DNA of 64,000 nt from an uncultured Pseudomonadota bacterium (GTDB lineage: Bacteria > Myxococcota_A > Polyangia > Fen-1088). Positions 10,632 through 17,823 of the stretch are shown piece after piece (position 1 is the first letter of the stretch; each line of letters starts with the position of its first letter). The position numbers and the translations under genes were made by a program. Under the pieces are notes generated by a model. The model saw only the letters and a program-made list of their open reading frames with translations. It did no database searches and was not told where the DNA came from. Location of the stretch: the NCBI GenBank assembly GCA_963847705.1, contig CAWKBC010000032.1, positions 416,001 to 480,000 on the forward strand, given 5' to 3'.

Positions 10632-11210
10632 TCAATAAAGGTCGCTCCCGGCGGCCGACGCTCCGCCCGTGGGCGACTCGGCGGCTTGTGCCGAAATTCT
10701 TCGTTCCAGACTGCTAATCCGGCGCACCAGATCTCCGGCGGCGCGCTTGGCCTCGGTGATCTCTCGCTCGAGCTCGCGGCGGCCGTCGGGGTTGACGGCG
10801 GGCGCCTTGGCCTCGCGCTCGAACCCGGCGATGAGATCGCGCAAGTCGTTCTCCACCGTCTCGATCTCGTCCTTGAAGCGGATGAACGAGCGCTGGATCT
10901 CCTCGATGGTGCGGTCTGCGGCCATCATCCCCTTGACCACGTTCACCCGTCGGACGACGTGCGCCGGATAGAGCCCGCACGAGCCGCGGTGCTTCCCTTT
11001 GCGCCCCACCCGAACCGAGCGGGGCAGCAGGCCCAGCTGCACATACTTGCGCAGCGTCGCTTCGGAGAAGCGGATCCCACGCGTCTCGAAGACGTCGACG
11101 ATCTGGCGCGAGGTGAGGCCGTTGGGCCAGGTGCGCTCGATCTCTTCGATCTCCCGCTCATCGAGCAGTCCGCGCAGCGCGGGAGAGGTCGATGGGAGTG
11201 GGCGCTTCAT
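10632..11210 (-). CDS. MerR-like winged-HTH transcriptional regulator
   Basis: FSEATLRKYVQLGLLPRS...GLY...TIEEIQ motif followed by a coiled coil. Confidence 0.78.
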   Translation of the reverse strand: MKRPLPSTSPALRGLLDEREIEEIERTWPNGLTSRQIVDVFETRGIRFSEATLRKYVQLGLLPRSVRVGRKGKHRGSCGLYPAHVVRRVNVVKGMMAADRTIEEIQRSFIRFKDEIETVENDLRDLIAGFEREAKAPAVNPDGRRELEREITEAKRAAGDLVRRISSLERRISAQAAESPTGGASAAGSDLY

Positions 11211-11222
11211 TGTACGGTCTTC

Positions 11223-11256
11223 AAGCTAATCTATTGAATAGAATCTCCTCAATAGA
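11223..11256 (-). promoter_or_regulatory. Promoter of the MerR-like gene with a dyad in its spacer
   Basis: Minus strand TTGAGG-N18-TAGCTT. A perfect TCTATT-N-AATAGA dyad (11230-11242) lies in the spacer, with an extra half-site at 11249-11256, inside an AT-rich island. Confidence 0.55.
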
Positions 11257-11393
11257 AAAACGACTGTGAATCTGTTCAGCTCATGCATCCGACGGCCGAC
11301 AGCGACTGTTCCCTCACCGACGGGAGGACCGCTTAAGACCCTTCCTCCGACTGTTTTTCTCCGCCCTGTGGCTCCGCCTATACTGCGCGGGAG

Positions 11394-11975
11394 ATGAAGG
11401 CCGCCCGGACCGTCGCCGCTTTCACGGTCGCCGTTTTCGTCGCCCTGGCGCTCTCGCTCGCCGCGCGCAGCGACGGCGCGACCAGCAACCGCGAGCGGCG
11501 TTTCTACAGCGCGCGCGCCGGCGTCGGGCTGGAGGCGCCGCCCGGCTGGAGCGTGTCGGCGCACACCGGCTACCTCAACATCCTCTGCCTGCTCGTCCAT
11601 CCGGGCGGGAGCCGGATCTCGCTGGCCGTCGACGCGGCGGTCACAGCCCAGGATGCCGCCGCGCTGGCCGACCAGAGCCGCCCCGGCCTCGCCGCGCAGG
11701 GGATCGAGATCACCGGCGTGGCCCCCGGGCCGCGGGGCGGGGTCCTCGTCGAGGCGCGCCTTGCCCGGCGGAACCAGGCGCTGCGCCAGCTCTACCTGGT
11801 CCGCACCGTCGAGGGGAACCCCACCCGGCGCCAGGCCATCGTGCTCACCTTGACCAGCGCGCCGGCCGATCTCGCCGCGGCCAGCGCCGCCCTCGACTGG
11901 GTGATCGCCCGGCTCGAGCTGCAAGCGCCCGCCCGCCCCGACGAGAAACCGGACCACCCCGACGGTGGCGTGTGA
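11394..11975 (+). CDS. Hypothetical exported protein
   Basis: Signal peptide MKAARTVAAFTVAVFVALALSLA; TATACT and GGGAG upstream; codon bias. Confidence 0.65.
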   Translation: MKAARTVAAFTVAVFVALALSLAARSDGATSNRERRFYSARAGVGLEAPPGWSVSAHTGYLNILCLLVHPGGSRISLAVDAAVTAQDAAALADQSRPGLAAQGIEITGVAPGPRGGVLVEARLARRNQALRQLYLVRTVEGNPTRRQAIVLTLTSAPADLAAASAALDWVIARLELQAPARPDEKPDHPDGGV

Positions 11976-11985
11976 CAGAGAGCCT

Positions 11986-12957
11986 CTAGCTGGTGAGCTT
12001 GGCGCCGGCGAAGAGCGGGGGAAGCTCGTCGCGGATGAGGCGGCCGAGCGCCGTGACCCCCTCGGCCCCGACCGCATCGGCGGGGGAACGGCCGTAAGGG
12101 GCCTGCATGTACTTCCACATCTTCTTCCACCACCGGACGGGGCCGCGATCCGCGCAGCCGAGCCGCCGGTCCCCCGGATCGCAGTAGAACCGCACGTGCA
12201 TGTGGTCGTCGTGCGGCTCCGAATCGGTCGGCTCGTGGATGATGTAGGCCGCCCGCGCCAGCAGCGCCGGATCGTCGCCGGCGGCCGCCGCCTCCCGCAA
12301 CAGCGAGGCCCCCAGGCTTCGCTGCATGAAGATCCACTGGACCTCGGCGTCGGGATCAGTCAACAGCGCGCGCACGAAGCCCCAGTTCCGGCGCGCATCG
12401 AAGCGGTAGCCCGGCAGCGGGCGGGCCGGCGCGCGCGTCCCCTGCGGCGGCGACCAGCGAGCGGCGCGCCCGTCGGGCCCGAAGTGCAGCATCGCGTCGG
12501 TCAGCGGGGCCGGGCGCCCTGCACCGTCGAGGGCGTAGTAGAAAATATCGACGTCGCGGCCGTCTTGATGCGATCGATGCTGGACCGACCCGCCGCCCGA
12601 ACGATGCGAGAGATCCCCGACGGCCGCGCTGCCCCCGGGCGCCTCGCGTTCGACGGTGCGCGCCGCGCGCGACACCGCCCCGACCAGTGACACGGTCCCG
12701 TAGTTCGCGTGCCGCGCCCGCCAGGGCGCTGGAACGGCGTACCCGTCACCTTCGAAGGGGAGCAGGGCCGGGTGGCGGAGCGTGCCGTCGCCGCTGGTCC
12801 CGAGCGATGCGCTCGAAAAATCCATCGCCAGCGGTCCGGCACAGCCGGCCCCCAAAAACAGCGAGAAGACCAGGCAGAACGACAGGGAGAACAGCAGGCA
12901 GGCCGAACCGCGGAGCCCAGTCGTACGCAGAGCCCGCGGCGGGTCCCGCCCAGGCAC
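11986..12957 (-). CDS. Penicillin-insensitive murein endopeptidase (MepA/M74-like), probable lipoprotein; start uncertain
   Basis: VGDLS..GG...HRSHQDGRDVDIF and HDDHMHVR motifs; lipobox LGAGC. Confidence 0.8.
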   Translation of the reverse strand: MPGRDPPRALRTTGLRGSACLLFSLSFCLVFSLFLGAGCAGPLAMDFSSASLGTSGDGTLRHPALLPFEGDGYAVPAPWRARHANYGTVSLVGAVSRAARTVEREAPGGSAAVGDLSHRSGGGSVQHRSHQDGRDVDIFYYALDGAGRPAPLTDAMLHFGPDGRAARWSPPQGTRAPARPLPGYRFDARRNWGFVRALLTDPDAEVQWIFMQRSLGASLLREAAAAGDDPALLARAAYIIHEPTDSEPHDDHMHVRFYCDPGDRRLGCADRGPVRWWKKMWKYMQAPYGRSPADAVGAEGVTALGRLIRDELPPLFAGAKLTS

Positions 12958-13004
12958 CGAGGAGACAGACGGTCGGGCCGGCCAGTGGTGCGCCAGCGTG
13001 CCCC

Positions 13005-13382
13005 CTAGCCGTACGCCTTCTCGATCCGTTCCTGATCCTCCTTGCAACGGATACAGAGCGTGGTCTCGAGCCGCGCTTCCAGACGTTTGATGGAGATCGG
13101 CTCGTCGCACTGCTCGCAGACGCCGAAGCTCCCATCCTTGATCTTCTCGAGCGCGTGATCGATTTTCTGCAGGAACACCTTCTCCCGGCCGCGAAGCCGG
13201 AAGGTGAAGGAGTGCAGGTACTCGGACGATGCCAGGTCCATCTCGTCCGGGAGGTCGTCCGAGTCGAGCGTCATGTCCTCGTTCAACGTCCGTTGCGCGT
13301 TCCGCAGGATCTCCTTCTTTTTCGCGAGCAGGATGTCGCGAAAGCGCTTGAGGTCCTTCTTCTTGAGCCCGGTCCCTTCCAT
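13005..13382 (-). CDS. dksA: DksA/TraR C4 zinc-finger protein
   Basis: DEMD tip (PDEMDLAS), CEQC...CIRC zinc finger and RLEAR. Confidence 0.88.
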   Translation of the reverse strand: MEGTGLKKKDLKRFRDILLAKKKEILRNAQRTLNEDMTLDSDDLPDEMDLASSEYLHSFTFRLRGREKVFLQKIDHALEKIKDGSFGVCEQCDEPISIKRLEARLETTLCIRCKEDQERIEKAYG

Positions 13383-13442
13383 GAACTCCGTCCCCGCGCC
13401 CGTGGTGCAGAAGTGCAACTGAAGGCGGCGAAATGGCCCGGT

Positions 13443-13515
13443 AGATTAGTCCGGCGGCCTACAGTCGTCAAGGTAGTCCCTGCCCTTGACACCTGACGGT
13501 ACGCCAACTTACACT
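13443..13515. promoter_or_regulatory. Back-to-back sigma-70 promoters for dksA (-) and the TIGR04563 gene (+)
   Basis: Minus: TTGACG(13471-13466)-N17-TAATCT. Plus: TTGACA(13486)-N18-TACACT(13510). Confidence 0.6.
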
Positions 13516-13602
13516 CACCCACTCGTCACCCCACCATGCTCCTGTAGCTGCACTGCTCAGCTCCATCAGCCACGTTCCCACATTGGAGGCTTCGTCACCA
13601 CC

Positions 13603-13806
13603 ATGGGCGGTTCCGACAAGCGCAAGCAAAGCCTGTACTTTCCTGAAGAGATGTTGAAAGAGATCCAGGACGAAGCCACCCGGCAAGACCGGTCGCTGTC
13701 GTGGATCGTTCAGAAGGCCTGGAAGATCTCGCGCAAGGAGATCATGAAGTACCCGTCCGTGAACGAGTTTCCGGGCGAAGAGGACGAGCGGGGCGCGACC
13801 GAGTAG
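13603..13806 (+). CDS. TIGR04563-type myxobacterial small ribbon-helix-helix-like protein (67 aa)
   Basis: SDKRKQSLYFPEEMLKEIQDEATRQDRSLSWIVQKAWK signature. Confidence 0.88.
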   Translation: MGGSDKRKQSLYFPEEMLKEIQDEATRQDRSLSWIVQKAWKISRKEIMKYPSVNEFPGEEDERGATE

Positions 13807-13808
13807 TT

Positions 13809-15173
13809 TTGGCCGGACGAGATTTTCTGTTGATAGCCGATGCGGTGGCTCCGCTCGGTGATGGTGTATCGGCTGTCGGGGCAAGTGGCCTCAGTCGAGC
13901 TCTTGCGGCCCTGGGCAACCGGGCCACGGTCCTCACGCTGGCCACCGTCGAGGCGGCGAGCCGCGTGCCCGGGCTGGCCCGACGTCTGCGTACGGTGAGC
14001 GCCACGGTCGGCACCGAGACGCGCGAGCTCGCCCTTTACGAGGGGCGCGCCCCGCTGAGCGACGCGCGGCTCCTGGTGCTGGCGGCGTCAAGCCTCCCGG
14101 CGCGCGCGGAGGCGGCGGCGATCCTGGCCGGCGCGACGCGCTCCCTGGCCGCCGACAAGCTCATCGCGCCCGAGGTGGCCATCGGCTGGGGCGAGTCTTC
14201 TGCGGCGGCCCTCTCGGCGACCTCGGCCGCGGCACGCCTCTTCGTCTTGCCAACCGGCCGCACGGGCGCGCCGCTCAGTCCCGACGAGGCGGCCATCTTG
14301 GGCCCACTCCTGCTGGGCGACGACTCTGCCTCGCATTCGCTGGTCGCGCTCGGCTGCCTGGGCGCCCACGCCATCATCGCCCCCAGCCCCAGCGCCGCGC
14401 GGGCGACGGAGTCCGATCCGGGCCTGGCTTCACGCCCCTCTGACGAACCGTTCATCAGTGTGCGGTTCGGCTGCGACGATCCCCCCAACGATCCGGCGAC
14501 CGATCAGGCGCTGCCCGCGCAGTTCAACGCCAGCAAGCTTTCCCAGAAGGCAGACTGCCGCCGCGCGCTCGCCCGGCGCTGCTCCCTGGCGATCGGGCCG
14601 CGCACGCTCCTGCTCACGACCGGTCCGCTCGGCCGCGACGCCGGCACAGAGGCGATCCTGGCGGCCATCGAGCGACTGGCGCCGTTTGATCTGGTCACGG
14701 TCATCGTGCCGCGCGGTGAGCCGGAGGCCATCGAACGCGCGCGTCTGCTGGCGCTGCGGCAGCCGGGCCGAGTCGCGCTCCTGTCGGGAAGCGAGCCTGC
14801 GGACGAGCGCTTTGCGCGCGGCGCCGCCGACGCGATTCTTCTCGGCGACGATCACGATCGGATCGGGCGCTCGGCCGGTCTGGCCCTGCTCTATGGGACG
14901 CTTCCGATCGTCCCCGACGTCGGCGCCAACCACGACTATCTGGTCGACTACGACCCGGCCTCCCGCACCGGCCAGGCGATCCTCTACAGCGCCGATACGC
15001 CCTTCGAGATCGAAAGCGGCGTCCGGCGTGCCTTGACCCTGCGCGCCGACGGTGACGTCTGGGGGCCGCTGGTGAAGTCACTGATGGACGCCGCGCCCCG
15101 CTGGTCGACCACCGCCGCCACGCTGGCCGAGATCGTCGAAGAGACAATCTCCTCCGTGCCCGCCGCCCTCTAG
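13809..15173 (+). CDS. Glycogen/starch synthase (GT5)-fold protein with degenerate catalytic motifs
   Basis: GT5-like landmarks (GL..AL..LG..., K..C..AL, ADAIL...YGTLPIV, C-terminal W) but no KxGGL or EPCGL; TTG start 3 nt after the previous stop. Confidence 0.65.
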   Translation: MAGRDFLLIADAVAPLGDGVSAVGASGLSRALAALGNRATVLTLATVEAASRVPGLARRLRTVSATVGTETRELALYEGRAPLSDARLLVLAASSLPARAEAAAILAGATRSLAADKLIAPEVAIGWGESSAAALSATSAAARLFVLPTGRTGAPLSPDEAAILGPLLLGDDSASHSLVALGCLGAHAIIAPSPSAARATESDPGLASRPSDEPFISVRFGCDDPPNDPATDQALPAQFNASKLSQKADCRRALARRCSLAIGPRTLLLTTGPLGRDAGTEAILAAIERLAPFDLVTVIVPRGEPEAIERARLLALRQPGRVALLSGSEPADERFARGAADAILLGDDHDRIGRSAGLALLYGTLPIVPDVGANHDYLVDYDPASRTGQAILYSADTPFEIESGVRRALTLRADGDVWGPLVKSLMDAAPRWSTTAATLAEIVEETISSVPAAL

Positions 15174-15192
15174 GCCTCTCCTCAGGCCTCTC

Positions 15193-16269
15193 CTAGGGGC
15201 GAAGGAGCCGGGTGACCCGAACGCCCAGCTCCCCGTCGACGTTGACGAGCTCTCCCTCTGCCCAAACCTCGCCGCCGGCGCGCAGCAAGACCGCGCGACT
15301 TCAATCGGCGCTCACCGTCAGCACGACACCCGGCGCGAGCCCCAGCACTTCTTCACCCCGAAGCGTGAGGCGCGCCAGCTCGGCGACGATCTCGATCGGT
15401 GCGGCGGCGAGGGCCGCGGTCGCCAGCTGCGTTGGTCCCGTCGTGTCCATCGATTTCTCCTGGCCTTCTTTGACGACGCCGACCTTCGGCCGGTCGGCCG
15501 CTTCGGTCAATTGAAAATCTCCCGTGATGACCAGAACGCCGTTCGGAGCGATCCGCAGCGGCGCCCGGTGCGCGCCCATGGTCAGATGCGCGGACCAGTC
15601 GGCCTGGGGCCCAAACGCCCCGAAGCCGACTCCGTCGAACACCAGCGCGTCTCCCAGGGCGAGCCGGGTCAGCTCCGACGCCCGCAGATGGGTCACCGCG
15701 ATCTCCAGGCGCGCTTCGACGGGCAGGCCCGAAGCGCGCTCCCCCCAACCGCCCGAGACCGAGCCGGCAGCCGGTGCGACCGCGCTGTCGGTCGCCGGCA
15801 GGTCGAGCCAGAGAACCCCGGCGCCAAAAGGACCTTCCACGTTGACGGCGATCGCATGGCCCACACCCGATTCGGGCGCCGGTGCGAGGTCGATCGACCA
15901 CCCGGGCGCGTCCAGCAGCGGAGCGATCAACGCCACCAGCACCCCGCGCTCAGCCGGTCCGAGCGCACGCGCCGCCGAGAAGACGCCGCGGCCACCGAGC
16001 GCAGCGTCGATCAGCCGCGCTGCGAACGGCAGCCCCAGCGACAGGCGCCCCCGCGCGTTTCCCTGGACAATCGCCAGGGCGATCGCCTCCGATGAGGTGG
16101 GCGCGCGATCAATCCCCGCCACGACCAGCGTGGCGGCGCCGAACGGAGGGATCTCCGCCCGCCAGGATCGGGGAAGCGCAGCCAGCTTCCGGGCGACCGC
16201 GCGCGTGGCCCGCGCCTCGGCCGCCGCAACCGGCGGGCAGTCCTGGAGCTCGAACGGTGAGGTCCTCAA
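15193..16269 (-). CDS. FliM/FliN (SctQ-like) C-ring protein, interrupted by an in-frame TGA at 15301-15303
   Basis: SpoA domain IVAELARLTL...LAPGVVL continues in frame past the TGA as SRAVLLRAGGEVWAEGELVNVDGELGVRVT to TAG at 15193. Confidence 0.75.
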
Positions 16270-16859
16270 CGACCGGCCTGCCAGCTGTCGCCTGGGGCGT
16301 CCCGATCGGCCGACTCACCGTCGCGCCGGGCGTTGCGGTCGCCCGACCCGTCGCTCTCCGGCCGGCTGTGGCCGACCGGCGACGCCAGCGCGATCCCTTT
16401 GTCGCGCAACCGAAGCCTGATCTCCTCCATCGCCACCTGGAGCGTCTGCCGCGAACCCACCGTCGGTGTCAAGAGCTGAGCGGTGACCGCCTGCGATCCG
16501 GCCGTGGTCGACAACCGAATCTCGGCGCCAGCCAGGGCGCCGGCACCGATGCGAATGCGCGCTTCGGCATCGCCCCCCGTGCCGCCAATCAGGACGCGAT
16601 CGATCCTTGGCGCGGCCGCGGGCGCGAGCTTGGCCGCCGGAGGCCCCACGCGGATCGGCTCGGGCTTGAACCAACCTGGACCCCCGGGCACGGCCGCGGA
16701 TTCGGCGGCAGCTTCGCTCCCACCCGCGCGCTTCAAGCTGTCGCGAAAGGGCTTGCTCGGCCGGGCGCGCCGAGGTGCCGCGTCCCTGCCCGCGCCGCCC
16801 AACTCGTCCGTTCGAGCCGACTGCGCCCCGCCGGTGGTGGTCAAATCACTTACCTGCAC
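16266..16859 (-). CDS. FliK/SctP-like length-control domain protein
   Basis: Low-complexity N-terminus, then ARIRIGAGALAGAEIRL...VTAQLLT...LRLRDKG (FliK_C-like); overlaps the SctQ-like start by 4 nt. Confidence 0.55.
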   Translation of the reverse strand: MQVSDLTTTGGAQSARTDELGGAGRDAAPRRARPSKPFRDSLKRAGGSEAAAESAAVPGGPGWFKPEPIRVGPPAAKLAPAAAPRIDRVLIGGTGGDAEARIRIGAGALAGAEIRLSTTAGSQAVTAQLLTPTVGSRQTLQVAMEEIRLRLRDKGIALASPVGHSRPESDGSGDRNARRDGESADRDAPGDSWQAGR

Positions 16860-17003
16860 GGCTCGGTTATCGCCCCGAGGCTGCAGCTGGTTGCGCGCGA
16901 ATCGACGTTGTTGGGGTATGATTCCCCGAAACCGCGGCTCAAAGAGACCATCGAATAGGTAGATGAGAGGCGCCGTGCGCTGGATGACGAGATCAGGGCC
17001 GCG

Positions 17004-17234
17004 ATGAACTGTCAGGAGCTGATCGAGTTCTGCTTTGACTACATCGAGGGCATGTTGCCCGACGATGAGCAGATCGGTTTTCGTCAACATCTGTCGCGCT
17101 GCCCGGATTGCGTGACGTTCTTCGAGACCTATCGAAAGACGCCGGAGCTGACGCGCGAAGCGCTGGCGACGAAGATTCCGTCGTCGGTGCGCGAGTCGAT
17201 CCGCAGCTTCTTGCAGTCGCGCCGCGAGCGATAG
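17004..17234 (+). CDS. Stand-alone zf-HC2 (ZAS anti-sigma-type zinc finger) protein
   Basis: MNCQE...DYIEG.L...HLSRCPDC (HxxxCxxC); 76 aa with no TM segment. Confidence 0.85.
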   Translation: MNCQELIEFCFDYIEGMLPDDEQIGFRQHLSRCPDCVTFFETYRKTPELTREALATKIPSSVRESIRSFLQSRRER

Positions 17235-17332
17235 CGCGCCCGGCGCCGAGCGCGCCTGCTCCCCGGAGGCGGCTCGGCGTGGCGGTGATCCGCTTTTTTG
17301 ACAGATGTAGTTTTACGACTACTCTGTCTTAC

Positions 17333-17734
17333 ATGTACGACACGCTCTCACTCGGCTCCGACAATCGCCGCCTCGCCCAGCGTCTGCGGATGCGCGTCTT
17401 CCTGAACGAGTATGTCGGCGACGATCCCTGCCAGGCGATCGTCCGGGACGTGAGCGAGACCGGGCTGTCGCTGGTGAAGCTGCCCGGCAAGAGCCCCCGC
17501 CCCGTCGAGGTCGTCACGCTCGAGGTCGAGCTACCGGGAACGAATGAAACGATCTGGGCCAGCGCCCAGCCCCGATTCGATGCGCTGAACCCCGACTACC
17601 AGATCTCCGGCCTGCGCTTCGTCTCGATGGCCCGCAAGCACGAGCGCCTGATTCGCGACTATCTCCGCGAACGGCGCGAACGCCTGGCCCGCCTGTTCGC
17701 TCCACGCCCCCTGACCGTCAGCCGCTTCGCTTAG
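17333..17734 (+). CDS. PilZ domain protein
   Basis: RRLAQR (RxxxR) and DVSETG (DxSxxG) motifs; GLRF near the C-terminus. Confidence 0.82.
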   Translation: MYDTLSLGSDNRRLAQRLRMRVFLNEYVGDDPCQAIVRDVSETGLSLVKLPGKSPRPVEVVTLEVELPGTNETIWASAQPRFDALNPDYQISGLRFVSMARKHERLIRDYLRERRERLARLFAPRPLTVSRFA

Positions 17735-17753
17735 CTTCTTCTTTCTCCTCGGT

Positions 17754-17798
17754 CGGCCTCCGGTGCAGCAATGGTGCGGCGCCGGAGGCCGTTTTTTT
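17754..17798 (+). terminator. Rho-independent terminator
   Basis: CGGCCTCCGG...CCGGAGGCCG stem followed by TTTTTTT. Confidence 0.8.
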
Positions 17799-17823
17799 AG
17801 GGATTCTTGCTACCTTTGAGGGG

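Noticed and set aside
15301-15303. In-frame TGA as selenocysteine or programmed read-through
   Set aside because: The position is not a Cys/redox site and I saw no SECIS-like hairpin; a CGA-to-TGA change at a GATC site is simpler.
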